Of a DNA stretch of 64,000 bases, positions 51,031 through 62,151 are shown piece by piece. A program made the position numbers and the translations under genes. The stretch is from Clostridia bacterium (GTDB lineage Bacteria; Bacillota; Clostridia; Oscillospirales; Acutalibacteraceae), in NCBI GenBank assembly GCA_900770165.1, contig CAAGJJ010000037.1:3113-67112 (forward strand). Reading direction: 5' to 3'. Each line of letters begins with the position of its first letter. The first letter of the stretch is position 1. A model generated the notes under the pieces. The model was not told the DNA's origin, did not search any database, and saw nothing but the letters and a program-made list of their open reading frames with translations.

Positions 51031-52311
51031 ATGAATCTAAAATCATCAAATAAGGTTGATACAAACAGATATCAGTTAGAAATAGCTGTAGAGCCTAAGG
51101 AATTTGAAAGTGCTGTGGAGAAAGCCTATAAAAAAGAAGCAGGAAAAATTACAATTCCTGGTTTTAGAAAAGGAAAGGCACCACGTGCTTTTATTGAAAA
51201 ATATTATGGAAAAGAAGTTTTTTACGATAGTGCCATTAATTCTATTTATCCAGATGCATTAGATGAAGCTGTAAAAGAGGCAAATATTGAGGTTATAGAT
51301 GATAAGATTGACTTTGATATAGTTGAAGTTGGAGAAAATGGATTAATCTTTAAAGCTACTTTGACAGTAAAACCTGAAGTGAAAATAGACAACTATAAGG
51401 GTATAGAGGTTAGTCCTGTTAACGTTGAGGTTACAGATGAAGATATAAATGACGAGATTGAAAGGGTTCGAGAAAGAAATTCAAGACTAATAACTGTTGA
51501 AGATAGAGAAGCTCAAAATGGAGACATTGCAGTTATAGACTTTGAAGGTTTCTGCGATGGTGTAGCATTTGAGGGTGGCAAAGCAGAAAAATATAGCCTA
51601 GGGTTAGGTGAAGGCCAATTTATTGCAGGTTTTGAAGATCAAGTAATTGGCCATAAACCTGGTGAAGAATTTGATATAGTAGTTACTTTCCCTGAGGAAT
51701 ATCAAGCAAAAGATCTTGCAGGAAAAGAAGCAGTATTTAAAATTAAACTTCATGAAATAAAGAAAAAGGAACTTCCTGAAGTTGATGATGAATTTGTAAA
51801 AGATGTAAGTGAATTTGATACATTAGATCAATATAAGGAAAGTTTAAAAAATCAGCTTACAGAGCAGTTTGAAAAAAAGGCAAAAGATGATGTTGAGAAT
51901 CAAATGATAGATAAGCTTATTGAACTAGTAGAAGCAGAAGTTCCTGAGGCAATGTATAACAATAAGATAAAAGAGATGGCTCGTGAATTCGAATATCGTT
52001 TGAAATCTCAAGGCTTAGATATAAATTCTTATATGAAATATACTGGCATGGATTCTCAAAAATTTAAAGAGAGCTTTAAACCTCAAGCAGAGCGTCAAGT
52101 AAAGCTAAGACTTGCACTTGAAAAAATTGCAGATCTTGAAAACCTTGAAGCAACAGAGGAAGATCTTGAAAATGAATATAAGAAAATTGCAGAAAGGTAT
52201 AGTATGGAAGTAGAAAAAATTAAAAATATTATACCAAAATCTGAACTTACAAAAGATATTGTAGTAGAAAAAGCAATTAATCTTGTACGTGATAATTCTG
52301 TTATTGCATAA
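51031..52311 (+). CDS. tig: Trigger factor
   Basis: 426 aa with the GFRKGKAP motif and an FKBP-type PPIase core. Confidence 0.92.
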   Translation: MNLKSSNKVDTNRYQLEIAVEPKEFESAVEKAYKKEAGKITIPGFRKGKAPRAFIEKYYGKEVFYDSAINSIYPDALDEAVKEANIEVIDDKIDFDIVEVGENGLIFKATLTVKPEVKIDNYKGIEVSPVNVEVTDEDINDEIERVRERNSRLITVEDREAQNGDIAVIDFEGFCDGVAFEGGKAEKYSLGLGEGQFIAGFEDQVIGHKPGEEFDIVVTFPEEYQAKDLAGKEAVFKIKLHEIKKKELPEVDDEFVKDVSEFDTLDQYKESLKNQLTEQFEKKAKDDVENQMIDKLIELVEAEVPEAMYNNKIKEMAREFEYRLKSQGLDINSYMKYTGMDSQKFKESFKPQAERQVKLRLALEKIADLENLEATEEDLENEYKKIAERYSMEVEKIKNIIPKSELTKDIVVEKAINLVRDNSVIA

Positions 52312-52392
52312 AATTTATTATTAAAATGTATAAAGTACTGACTTTTGGTCAAGTATGTTTTTGTTAAATTATTTTTTGTGGGGGTGTACCTG

Positions 52393-52971
52393 TTGAGTTT
52401 GGTACCTTATGTTGTAGAACAAACTAATAGAGGCGAACGTTCTTATGATATTTTTTCAAGATTATTAAATGATAGGATTATAATGTTACATGATGAAGTT
52501 AACAGTACAACAGCTAGTCTTGTAGTTGCACAATTGTTATATTTGGAAGGGCAAGATGCATCTAAGGATATAAGTCTTTATATAAATAGTCCTGGTGGAT
52601 CTGTAACTGATGGTATGTCTATATACGATACTATGCAGTATATTAAATGTGATGTATCTACTATTTGTATGGGCATGGCTGCAAGTATGGGAGCATTTTT
52701 GCTTGCTGCTGGAGCTAAAGGTAAGAGATATTCTCTTCCTAATAGTGATATAATGATTCACCAACCAAGTGGTGGAGCACAAGGTCAAGCTACAGATATA
52801 ATGATTCATGCAGATCATATTATTAGAACAAAGCAAAAATTGAATAAAATATTATCTGAAAAGACAGGTCAGCCGTTAGAAGTTATTGCTAGAGATACAG
52901 AAAGAGATAATTTTATGAGTGCTGAAGAAGCTTTGAAATATGGTCTAATAGATAAAGTAATTTATAAATAA
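52393..52971 (+). CDS. clpP: ATP-dependent Clp protease proteolytic subunit; TTG start at [11 protein letters not shown]
   Basis: Catalytic GMAASMG, the Ser-His-Asp triad, and the conserved N-terminus. Confidence 0.92.
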   Translation: MSLVPYVVEQTNRGERSYDIFSRLLNDRIIMLHDEVNSTTASLVVAQLLYLEGQDASKDISLYINSPGGSVTDGMSIYDTMQYIKCDVSTICMGMAASMGAFLLAAGAKGKRYSLPNSDIMIHQPSGGAQGQATDIMIHADHIIRTKQKLNKILSEKTGQPLEVIARDTERDNFMSAEEALKYGLIDKVIYK

Positions 52972-52988
52972 TAGGAATTGGTGATATA

Positions 52989-54308
52989 ATGTCTATAAAA
53001 GATGAAACAAGAGATAGAGATCTATGCTGCTCATTTTGTGGAAAACCTCAGGATCAAGCGGCTAGACTAATTGCGGGACCTGGTGTTTGTATATGTGATG
53101 AGTGTGTTGAACTCTGCCTATCTATTTTAAATGATGGGAAAAAATCATCTTTAGGGAAAAGCAAATGCATAGAATCTTCTATGGTATTACCAAAACCACA
53201 TGAAATAAAAGCAAAGCTTGATGAGTATGTTATTGGGCAAGAAGAAGCTAAGGTTGCTTTATCTGTTGCAGTGTATAACCACTATAAAAGAATATACTTT
53301 GGAGACATAGATGATGTTGAATTAACAAAAAGTAATATATTACTTATGGGTTCAACTGGAGTTGGAAAAACATTGCTAGCGCAGACTTTAGCTAAAATAT
53401 TAGATGTACCATTTGCAATTGCTGATGCAACGACACTTACAGAAGCAGGATACGTTGGAGAAGATGTAGAAAATATTCTTTTAAGACTTATTCAAGTTGC
53501 AGATTTTGATATTGAAAAAGCAGAACATGGAATAATATATGTAGATGAAATAGATAAAATTGCGAGAAAGTCTGAAAATCCATCTATAACTAGAGATGTA
53601 AGTGGAGAAGGAGTACAACAGTCTTTATTAAAAATACTAGAAGGAACTGTCTCAAATGTTCCACCTCAAGGCGGAAGGAAACATCCACAGCAAGAGTTTA
53701 TTCAAATAGATACATCGAATATTTTATTTATTTGTGGCGGAGCCTTTGATGGCCTTGAAAAAATTATTGAAAAAAGAAAAGGTACTTATTCTTTAGGCTT
53801 TGGTGCAGATATTAAAACAAGGCAAGAGCTCGATGAAGTAGCTTGGATGAAAGATGTAACTCCACACGATTTAGTAAAATATGGGCTTATACCTGAACTT
53901 GTTGGCAGGTTACCTGTAATTACACATTTAAATAGTTTAGATAAAGATTCTCTTGTTAGAATATTAACTGAACCTAAAAATGCGTTGATAAAACAGTATA
54001 AAAAGATTTTTGAACTTGACAGGGTGAAGCTAGAATTTGATAAATCTGCACTTGAAGCTATAGCTCAAAAAGCTTTAGATAGAAAAACAGGTGCAAGAGG
54101 AATTAGATCAATTATGGAAGAGTTACTTTCCGACTTAATGTATAAGGTTCCTTCAGATCATACTATAGATAAAGTTATTATCTCTGAGGAAACTGTTAAA
54201 AACGGTAAAGAAGCAGAACTTGTTTATGATACTAGTAGAAAACCGTTTAGCATTACTATTAACAATCATAAGTCTGACAAAAGGTCAAAAAATAGTAATG
54301 CATCTTAA
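52989..54308 (+). CDS. clpX: ATP-dependent Clp protease ATP-binding subunit ClpX
   Basis: N-terminal zinc finger CSFCGK...CICDEC and Walker A GSTGVGKT. Confidence 0.95.
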   Translation: MSIKDETRDRDLCCSFCGKPQDQAARLIAGPGVCICDECVELCLSILNDGKKSSLGKSKCIESSMVLPKPHEIKAKLDEYVIGQEEAKVALSVAVYNHYKRIYFGDIDDVELTKSNILLMGSTGVGKTLLAQTLAKILDVPFAIADATTLTEAGYVGEDVENILLRLIQVADFDIEKAEHGIIYVDEIDKIARKSENPSITRDVSGEGVQQSLLKILEGTVSNVPPQGGRKHPQQEFIQIDTSNILFICGGAFDGLEKIIEKRKGTYSLGFGADIKTRQELDEVAWMKDVTPHDLVKYGLIPELVGRLPVITHLNSLDKDSLVRILTEPKNALIKQYKKIFELDRVKLEFDKSALEAIAQKALDRKTGARGIRSIMEELLSDLMYKVPSDHTIDKVIISEETVKNGKEAELVYDTSRKPFSITINNHKSDKRSKNSNAS

Positions 54309-54465
54309 TATAAGCCGTATTATATAGGCTGTAATATTCGTTTGTATGTGGAGTTTTACTGCACTATGTGTTGGTTTATACTTAATATATTTTTTAGTTT
54401 TCCCATATATAAATGAGTATTGCAGCTTATTTTATTCTTATTTTAAAAGACAGGAGGCGATTGTT

Positions 54466-56880
54466 ATGAATGATAAGTTAAATAGAGAGAATGTTATATT
54501 ACCTGTAATGTCGCTTAGAGGATTGGTATTGTTTCCAGATATGATGCTCAACTTTGATATTGGTAGAAAGAAATCTATACTTGCTTTAAATGAAGCAATG
54601 AGTAAAGATCAAACAGTTTTTTTTGTTACTCAAAAGGACATGCGAGATGATGACCCGAGCGTTGACCATTTATATTCAATTGGAACTATAGCTAAAGTTA
54701 GACAAGTTTTAAGACAACCGGGTAATGTAGTAAGAGTTTTAGTTGAAGGTAAACATAGAGCGAAGATAAAAAACATGTTATCTGAAGATCCATTTTTAAT
54801 GGCAGAAATTGAACTTTGCAAACAAGATGCCTTAGATTCTTCTTTGAGAAGTGATGCCCTTATACGCAAAACAAGAGAATTATTTGAGGAGTATGTAAAA
54901 GTATCACCTCAGATGCCTCCCGATTTAATAATGGAAGTAAGATCTTGCAATAATCCAGGAGATTTAGCAGATTACATAGCCTCTAATATTGCTTTAGAAC
55001 ATCACGATAAACAATCTATATTGTCTGAAATTAATCCTATAAAACGTTTGGACAAGCTTACTGTACTTCTATCTAATGAACTTGGTATACTTTCTTTAGA
55101 AGAGGATATAAACACAAAATTAAAAGATAGAATTGATAAGAATCAGAAGGAATATTACCTAAGAGAACAGATGAAAGTTATATCTGAAGAATTAGGGGAA
55201 GGAGATAATCCTCAAGCAGAAGCAGAAGAACTCAGAAAAAAAATAAAATCTATGAAATTAGATGATAAAATATCTGAGTCTCTTTTAAAAGAGTGCGATA
55301 GATTATTTAAAATGCCATATGGTTCTCATGAAGCCAATGTAATAAGGAGCTATATTGATACATGTTTAGAATTACCTTGGAATAAAAAAAGCAAAGAAAA
55401 TATAAGTTTAGAAAAAGCTAAAAAAATATTAGATAAAGATCATTATGGTCTTGACGAAGTTAAAAATAGAATACTTGAATCGTTGGCGGTTAGAAAATTA
55501 GCTCCTGATATTAAAGGACAAATTATTTGTTTAGTTGGACCACCTGGGGTTGGTAAAACATCAATAGCTAAATCTATAGCAAGGTCTATAGGTAGAAGAT
55601 ATGTACGAGTAGCGCTTGGCGGCATAAAAGATGAGTCTGATATAAGAGGACATAGAAGAACTTATATTGGTGCAATGCCAGGAAGAATTATGGCATCTAT
55701 TAAGACTGTGGGAACAAAAAATCCATTAATGTTGCTCGATGAAATTGATAAGTTGAGTAATGATTTTCATGGAGATCCAACAGCAGCTTTGTTAGAAGTT
55801 TTAGATGCAGAACAGAACAATACATTTTTTGATCATTACATAGATTTGCCATTTGATTTAAGCGATGTATTTTTTATAACAACAGCAAACGATTATAATG
55901 CTATACCAGCTCCTTTAATGGATAGAATGGAAGTTATTACACTTTCAAGTTATACACATGAGGAAAAGTTTAATATTGCTAAAAAACATTTACTTCCTAA
56001 ACAATTAAAAAAGCATGGTATTAATGGTAAAATGTTAAGAATTACTGATAAAGCTTTACATGAAATTATTTCTGGATATACTAGGGAAGCAGGGGTAAGA
56101 ACTCTAGAAAGAACTATAGCATCTTTAATTAGAAAATCTGCTAAAATTTTAGTGTCGGGTGAGAAGAATAGGGTAGTAATTGATTTATGCGACCTTGAAC
56201 CTATGTTAGGTCCACAGAAATACAAAGATAGTATAGTTAATAAAAAAAGTGAAGTTGGGGTAACAAATGGCCTTGCATGGACATCTGTTGGTGGAGAAAC
56301 GATGCCAATTGAAGTAGCTTTAATGCCAGGTACTGGAAAAATTGAACTTACAGGTTCTCTCGGAGATGTTATGAAAGAATCTGCACATATAGCAATAAGC
56401 TATATAAGAAGCCATTGTGATGAGCTTATGGTGAAATCAGATTTCTATAAAAATTATGATATACATATACATGCGCCAGAAGGTGCAATACCTAAAGATG
56501 GGCCATCAGCAGGAGTAACTATGGCAACATCTATGCTATCATCATTACTTAATAAACCTGTAAGATGTGATGTTGCAATGACTGGAGAAATAACTTTAAG
56601 AGGAAAGGTTTTGCCTATTGGAGGTCTTAAAGAAAAAACTATGGCAGCATATAGAGCAGGGTTAAAAACAGTTATTATTCCTCAAGAAAATTCACCTGAT
56701 CTTGCTAATATTGATCCAGTAGTTAAAAATTCTTTGGAATTTATATTAGCAGACCGACTTGAAACAGTTTTTAAGAATGCATTGGTATCTGATGTAAGTG
56801 TTAATAAGAGAGCACAATCTATAACTCCTAGAATTAACGATGGAATATCAACAGAGAATAATATTCCTGTTTCACAATAA
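54466..56880 (+). CDS. lon: Lon protease; start taken at MNDKLNREN
   Basis: LON N-domain, Walker A GPPGVGKTS, and the protease motif DGPSAG...K. Confidence 0.93.
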   Translation: MNDKLNRENVILPVMSLRGLVLFPDMMLNFDIGRKKSILALNEAMSKDQTVFFVTQKDMRDDDPSVDHLYSIGTIAKVRQVLRQPGNVVRVLVEGKHRAKIKNMLSEDPFLMAEIELCKQDALDSSLRSDALIRKTRELFEEYVKVSPQMPPDLIMEVRSCNNPGDLADYIASNIALEHHDKQSILSEINPIKRLDKLTVLLSNELGILSLEEDINTKLKDRIDKNQKEYYLREQMKVISEELGEGDNPQAEAEELRKKIKSMKLDDKISESLLKECDRLFKMPYGSHEANVIRSYIDTCLELPWNKKSKENISLEKAKKILDKDHYGLDEVKNRILESLAVRKLAPDIKGQIICLVGPPGVGKTSIAKSIARSIGRRYVRVALGGIKDESDIRGHRRTYIGAMPGRIMASIKTVGTKNPLMLLDEIDKLSNDFHGDPTAALLEVLDAEQNNTFFDHYIDLPFDLSDVFFITTANDYNAIPAPLMDRMEVITLSSYTHEEKFNIAKKHLLPKQLKKHGINGKMLRITDKALHEIISGYTREAGVRTLERTIASLIRKSAKILVSGEKNRVVIDLCDLEPMLGPQKYKDSIVNKKSEVGVTNGLAWTSVGGETMPIEVALMPGTGKIELTGSLGDVMKESAHIAISYIRSHCDELMVKSDFYKNYDIHIHAPEGAIPKDGPSAGVTMATSMLSSLLNKPVRCDVAMTGEITLRGKVLPIGGLKEKTMAAYRAGLKTVIIPQENSPDLANIDPVVKNSLEFILADRLETVFKNALVSDVSVNKRAQSITPRINDGISTENNIPVSQ

Positions 56881-56925
56881 TAATGTTTAAGAAGGATCAG
56901 CTAATTTAGCTGTTTGGTTGTAGTT

Positions 56926-57516
56926 ATGAATTTAAGGTTTGACAATGCAGAATTCAGTTCGTCTTTTGGAAATGCTGGTCAACTGCCAAAATCTGATCTA
57001 CCGGAAATAGTATTTTCTGGTAGATCTAATGTTGGTAAGTCGTCTTTAATAAATAAGTTAGTTAATAGAAAATCGCTTGCTAGAGTTAGTGCAACTCCAG
57101 GTAAAACAGGAACAATTAATTTCTATAAATTGAATTTAGCAGTATTAGTTGATTTACCGGGCTATGGTTACGCAAAAGTACCTTTTTCTGAGAAAAAAAG
57201 GTGGGCAGAGCTTGTAGAAGGCTATTTTAATTCAGAAAGAAAAATTAAATTAATTTTACAAATTATTGACATAAGACATTCTCCAAGCAGAGACGATATA
57301 AATATGGTTAATTATTTATCGTCTTCTGGTTTTCCATTTGTAATAATATTAACAAAGAGTGATAAACTAAAAAAGATGGAAAAAGATAAAAGGATAGAAA
57401 AAATTAGAGCCGAATTAACAGAATTTGAAAATCTAAAACTTATCCCTTTTTCTTCTGTTTCATCGGAAGGGTTAGAAGATATAAAAAATGAAATAGTAAA
57501 ATATGTAGATATTTAG
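56926..57516 (+). CDS. engB: Ribosome biogenesis GTP-binding protein EngB/YsxC
   Basis: GRSNVGKSSLIN G1 motif and a DLPGYG motif. Confidence 0.88.
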   Translation: MNLRFDNAEFSSSFGNAGQLPKSDLPEIVFSGRSNVGKSSLINKLVNRKSLARVSATPGKTGTINFYKLNLAVLVDLPGYGYAKVPFSEKKRWAELVEGYFNSERKIKLILQIIDIRHSPSRDDINMVNYLSSSGFPFVIILTKSDKLKKMEKDKRIEKIRAELTEFENLKLIPFSSVSSEGLEDIKNEIVKYVDI

Positions 57517-57528
57517 TGGGGTAGTTGT

Positions 57529-58827
57529 ATGTTGGTTTCTGATTGCCTAAACGTAAACTCTTTAGGTCACCTTACAGTTGGAGAATGCGATACTATAGAC
57601 CTTGTTAAAGAATATGGTACACCATTATATATTTTAGATGAAAATGGTATTAGAATGGCTTGTAGGCTTTATAAAGAAGCTTTTGAAGAGTATTATGAAG
57701 GCAAAGGTTGTCCTTTATATGCAAGCAAAGCATTAAACTGTTTGGAAATATGCAGAATTATTAATAGTGAAAATATGGGATTGGATGTTGTTTCTGGAGG
57801 CGAATTATATACGGCTATACAAGCAGGATTCCCTATGTCGAAAATACATTTTCACGGTAATAATAAAACTTTTGAAGAAATTGAGATGGCTGTGAGTAAT
57901 AATGTTGGGACCATTGTAGTCGACAACTTTGAAGAGCTTAATATAATAAATAATATATCAATGAAGCATAATAAAAATACGTGTGTATCTATTAGGTTAA
58001 CTCCTGGGATAGATGCACATACTCACAAGTTTATAAAAACAGGGCAAATAGATTCAAAATTTGGATTTAATTTTGAAAATGGAGATGCGCTTAAAGCTGT
58101 TAAAATTGCTTTAGATTTACCAAATATTGAACTAAAAGAAGTGCATTGTCATATAGGTTCACAAATATTTGAGCTTGAGCCGTTTGAATTAGCCGCTGAA
58201 ATAACAATGAATTTTATAAAGCAAGTTTTCGATAGTTACAACTATGTTATAAATAATATGAATTTAGGTGGAGGTTTCGGTGTGAGGTATACTGAAGATG
58301 ATGATCCTCCTAAGTTCAAAGATTATGTAAAAAATGTGTCTGAGGTTGTTAAAAGGAAGTCATTAGAATACAAAATACCTGTACCTTATATGTATATTGA
58401 ACCTGGTAGATCAATAGTGGCGGAGGCTGGAATTACTTTATATAAAATTGGAGCTATAAAAGAAATACCTAATGTTAGAACATATGTATCGGTAGATGGA
58501 GGAATGTGTGATAATCCTAGATATGCACTTTATAAATCTAGTTATACTTGCTTAATAGCGAATAAAATGCATATTAATAAGACTAAAAAAGTTACAATTG
58601 CAGGAAAATGCTGTGAGAGTGGAGATTTAATTCAAGAAAATGTTTTGCTTCCAAATCCAGAAAGAGGGGATATTTTAGCAATACTTTCTACTGGAGCATA
58701 TAACTATTCTATGGCGTCTAATTATAATAGAATTCCTAAACCAGCTATAGTTATGGTAAATAATACACGTCATCGTGTAATAGTAAAAAGAGAAACATAC
58801 GAAGATTTAATAAGAAATGATATATAA
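57529..58827 (+). CDS. lysA: Diaminopimelate decarboxylase
   Basis: PLP-fold type III with the HIGSQ and EPGRS motifs. Confidence 0.9.
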   Translation: MLVSDCLNVNSLGHLTVGECDTIDLVKEYGTPLYILDENGIRMACRLYKEAFEEYYEGKGCPLYASKALNCLEICRIINSENMGLDVVSGGELYTAIQAGFPMSKIHFHGNNKTFEEIEMAVSNNVGTIVVDNFEELNIINNISMKHNKNTCVSIRLTPGIDAHTHKFIKTGQIDSKFGFNFENGDALKAVKIALDLPNIELKEVHCHIGSQIFELEPFELAAEITMNFIKQVFDSYNYVINNMNLGGGFGVRYTEDDDPPKFKDYVKNVSEVVKRKSLEYKIPVPYMYIEPGRSIVAEAGITLYKIGAIKEIPNVRTYVSVDGGMCDNPRYALYKSSYTCLIANKMHINKTKKVTIAGKCCESGDLIQENVLLPNPERGDILAILSTGAYNYSMASNYNRIPKPAIVMVNNTRHRVIVKRETYEDLIRNDI

Positions 58828-58829
58828 AA

Positions 58830-58885
58830 AATTCAGGATAAACAATCATTACTTTAACATGATTATATTATCCTGAATTTTTTAA
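58830..58885. terminator. Bidirectional terminator between lysA and the convergent membrane-protein gene
   Basis: Long imperfect hairpin aattcaggataaacaatcat...atgattatattatcctgaatt followed by a T-run. Confidence 0.65.
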
Positions 58886-59526
58886 AATTTAAATAATCCT
58901 GCAAATAATTCATTAAAAATCATATCTATAAAAGAAGCTATTGCAAGAATTATAAATACAAAGCCGCTTCGCATAAAATATATTTTAAAGTTTTTACATT
59001 TATTTGTTAAAATGGTATGCGGTGAGAATTGAGAAATAATTTTTGCAGATAAACTTATTGATTCTTTTGATTCTATTATTATTCCTATCGATGAAATAAA
59101 TACGCCAGGAAGAAGTACTAATATATGAAATATAATACCTTTTAATCCATAGTTTGAATATAAAAAACCTGCAATTAGTCCTAGCCCAAATCCTCTAAAA
59201 AAGGGGATAAATGGAATAAAAAGTATTCCCCATGCTGAAAGTCCCATTAATATTAAAATAGCAGTAAAAATAAAAGATGAAGTGAAAGAAGCTATAAATG
59301 TATCTGTCATAGCTTGTTCAGCTCTTATTTTAAAGTTACTGGCAAATAAAAAATCTAAGTTATCTATAAAGTTATCATCTGAAAATTTTGCACATATAGA
59401 ACCAGTTGTCATTCCAATTAATAAAAACAGCACTAGCAAAGAAACTAGCTTATTTTCTAATATTATTTTTAATATATTTTTACTTTTTCGGTTTAGATTT
59501 GACAATATCTTTTTTTTCATAAACAT
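58882..59526 (-). CDS. spoIIM: Stage II sporulation protein M-like (DUF95) membrane protein
   Basis: 214 aa with the same length and TM layout as SpoIIM; no other family fits. Confidence 0.5.
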   Translation of the reverse strand: MFMKKKILSNLNRKSKNILKIILENKLVSLLVLFLLIGMTTGSICAKFSDDNFIDNLDFLFASNFKIRAEQAMTDTFIASFTSSFIFTAILILMGLSAWGILFIPFIPFFRGFGLGLIAGFLYSNYGLKGIIFHILVLLPGVFISSIGIIIESKESISLSAKIISQFSPHTILTNKCKNFKIYFMRSGFVFIILAIASFIDMIFNELFAGLFKF

Positions 59527-59643
59527 CCTCCTAATATTACAAGAAGCACAAATATTAGCTTCTCATAGGATAATATGCTTTTATGAAAAAAAATATTACC
59601 ATATCTAAGATGATATGGTAACAAGAAGGATATATATGTATTT

Positions 59644-60453
59644 TTAATGTTTAGATAATTCTTTAGAACGTTTAGAACATTTTTCCATTGCAGAAATTAT
59701 ACCATTATAGAAGTTATTTTCTTCTAAAACTTTAAGTGCTTCTACGGTTGTACCTCCAGGAGATGATACCATTTTTATAAGTTCATCTGGAGAAAAACCA
59801 GAAGAGTTTAACATTTTTGCAGTCCCTTCAAGTGTTTTACATATCAAATTTAAAGAACTATTATAATCGATATTATGGATATTTGAAAATTCTAACATTG
59901 CTTTTGCGAGTAAAAATATATATGCAGGGCTGCTACCGTTAATTGCTACAATAGTATCCATATTACTTTCATCAATGATTTCACATACACCGCATGAGTT
60001 GAATATATTATATATTTTATTAAAATCATCGTTATTTACATTAGATGTTTTACAAATAGCAGATGCGCCTTCTCCTAGCAGTAGAGGTGTATTTGGCATT
60101 ACTCTTATTATAGGGCAATTTGAATTAATTTTATTAAGGATATAATCGGTTGTAATTCCAGCTGCTATAGATATTAAGATTTTTTCTTCTGTAATAAAAT
60201 CTTTTATTTCATCTAAGAGTTCTGGGAAGTTTTGTGGCTTAACAGCTAAAAATATATATTTACTTTCAGTTATAACTTGTTTAGAAGAATCTAAAACATT
60301 TAGCCCTAATTTTTTAGAGAATTGAGAACATTTGTTTATGTCTATATCAAAAATATTTATTTCATTTGGATTACATATATTGTTTGTTATAATTCCATTA
60401 ATAATTGCTTTTGCCATATTTCCTATACCGATGAATCCATATATATTATTCAA
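59644..60453 (-). CDS. proC: Pyrroline-5-carboxylate reductase
   Basis: N-terminal Rossmann GFIGIGNMA, 269 aa. Confidence 0.88.
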   Translation of the reverse strand: MNNIYGFIGIGNMAKAIINGIITNNICNPNEINIFDIDINKCSQFSKKLGLNVLDSSKQVITESKYIFLAVKPQNFPELLDEIKDFITEEKILISIAAGITTDYILNKINSNCPIIRVMPNTPLLLGEGASAICKTSNVNNDDFNKIYNIFNSCGVCEIIDESNMDTIVAINGSSPAYIFLLAKAMLEFSNIHNIDYNSSLNLICKTLEGTAKMLNSSGFSPDELIKMVSSPGGTTVEALKVLEENNFYNGIISAMEKCSKRSKELSKH

Positions 60454-60470
60454 TTTGATTTCACATCCTA

Positions 60471-61832
60471 TTAGTCTTCGTTAAGTGCAGCTTGTATCAT
60501 TATTGCACATTCTAAACGCTTTTTTTCAAGCTTGCAAGAAATAGAGTGGGGGATAAGAATACTATTTTCGTATTGCAGATTATTGGCATTACAACCTCCA
60601 CTGCAGTAGAATTTAGCCCAACAATTTTTACACTCTGATTTAGTATATACGTTTGCTTTTGAAAAAACAGATTTTAATTCTGTGTTAAATGTGTTGTCAA
60701 ACAAATTGCCCATTTTCCATTTATCATTACCAACGAACTGATGGCAAGGGAATATGTCTCCAGTTGGGGTTATTGCAATATATTCATTACCACAACCGCA
60801 GCCTCTAAGTCTTTTTATTGCACAAGGACCTTGATTTAAATCTATCATAAAATGAAAAAAGTTAAAAAATTCTTTATTTTTTCTTTTAGAAATAATCGTC
60901 TTTGCCAAATTTTCATATTCTTCAAAAACTCTTGGAAGATCATTTTCTTTTATTGAATAGTCTAGTTTTTCATCTGAAACAACAGGCTCTATAGAAAGTT
61001 GTTCAAAACCTAAATCTACCATATGTAAAACATCTTTTGTAAAGTCTAGATTATTCTTTGTAAAAGTACCTCTTACATAATAATCTTTATCACCTCTAGA
61101 TTCTACAAGCTTTTGATATTTAGGAACTATGGTATCATATGAACCTTTACCATTTGGCGTAATTCTGAGAGAATCGTTTATTTCTTTTCTGCCGTCTAAT
61201 GATAAAACAACATTAGACATTTCTTTATTAATATACTCAATTTTATCATCTGTTAAAAGCAAGCCATTTGTTGTTATTGTGAATCTAAACTTCTTATTAA
61301 ATTTATTTTCAATGCTTCTTGCATAGTTAACTATTTGCTTAACAACATCAAAATTCATGAGTGGTTCGCCACCAAAAAAATCGACTTCTAAATTATGCCT
61401 ATTTTCAGAATTTTCAATTAGAAAATCAATAGCTTTTTTACCAACTTCAAACGGCATTAACATTCTACCTTGTCCAAAATCTCCTTTTGCTGCAAAGCAG
61501 TATTCACATCTAAGGTTACAATCGTGTGCAACATTTAGACACATAGCTTTAATAGGGGAATTTTCCATCATTTTTGTAAACGGTTCATAGTCATCTTTAG
61601 AAAAAAGCTGATTATTTTCATAGAGATTATATAATTCATTGTATGATTCAATTATATCATCTTTGCTGTGTTTTGATTCAAGTATTTTTAAGATATTATC
61701 GTCAATTTCATTCTTTATACTGTCATTTAAAATTTCTAAAATATCATATGATATATCATCTAATATATGAACTGCGCCACTATTTACATCTAGTGCTATG
61801 TTATATCCATTAAGTTTGTATTTATGTATCAT
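60471..61832 (-). CDS. Radical SAM/SPASM thioether-forming maturase of the SCIFF peptide
   Basis: CLNVAHDCNLRCEYC radical-SAM triad, a C-terminal SPASM Cys cluster, and a position directly downstream of the SCIFF gene. Confidence 0.85.
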   Translation of the reverse strand: MIHKYKLNGYNIALDVNSGAVHILDDISYDILEILNDSIKNEIDDNILKILESKHSKDDIIESYNELYNLYENNQLFSKDDYEPFTKMMENSPIKAMCLNVAHDCNLRCEYCFAAKGDFGQGRMLMPFEVGKKAIDFLIENSENRHNLEVDFFGGEPLMNFDVVKQIVNYARSIENKFNKKFRFTITTNGLLLTDDKIEYINKEMSNVVLSLDGRKEINDSLRITPNGKGSYDTIVPKYQKLVESRGDKDYYVRGTFTKNNLDFTKDVLHMVDLGFEQLSIEPVVSDEKLDYSIKENDLPRVFEEYENLAKTIISKRKNKEFFNFFHFMIDLNQGPCAIKRLRGCGCGNEYIAITPTGDIFPCHQFVGNDKWKMGNLFDNTFNTELKSVFSKANVYTKSECKNCWAKFYCSGGCNANNLQYENSILIPHSISCKLEKKRLECAIMIQAALNED

Positions 61833-62007
61833 AAAGGACCTCCGTTAAAATAACAAAATTTAAGGGACAGTTTACTGCCCCTTTACAATTATACAAATTT
61901 AGCAAACAATAAAATATAAGTAAGTTTACAACTTTATGTTTTATAGAACTGCCACCTGCACTTAATTTTGTTGCAGGTGGCAATTTTGCAACCATATTAA
62001 CTAAAAA

Positions 62008-62151
62008 TTAGTTATTTTTCTCACATTTTTGGTTTGCAACAGTGCAAGAAGTTTTACAAGCAGATTGACAAGATGCTTGACATTCTCCGCAACCGCCTTT
62101 TATAGCGCTGTCTTTTAAGTTAGCTTTATTAATAGTTTTAATATGTTTCAA
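62008..62151 (-). CDS. SCIFF ribosomal peptide precursor (six cysteines in forty-five residues), 47 aa, TTG start
   Basis: The minus-strand translation MKHIKTINKANLKDSAIKGGCGECQASCQSACKTSCTVANQKCEKNN matches the SCIFF consensus almost residue for residue; RBS ggagg 7 nt upstream; absent from the ORF track. Confidence 0.88.
   Translation of the reverse strand: MKHIKTINKANLKDSAIKGGCGECQASCQSACKTSCTVANQKCEKNN

Noticed and set aside
57517-57528. Lysine riboswitch (L-box) upstream of lysA
   Set aside because: There are only 12 nt between the engB stop and the lysA start, which leaves no room for a riboswitch. lysA appears to be co-transcribed with the upstream genes.
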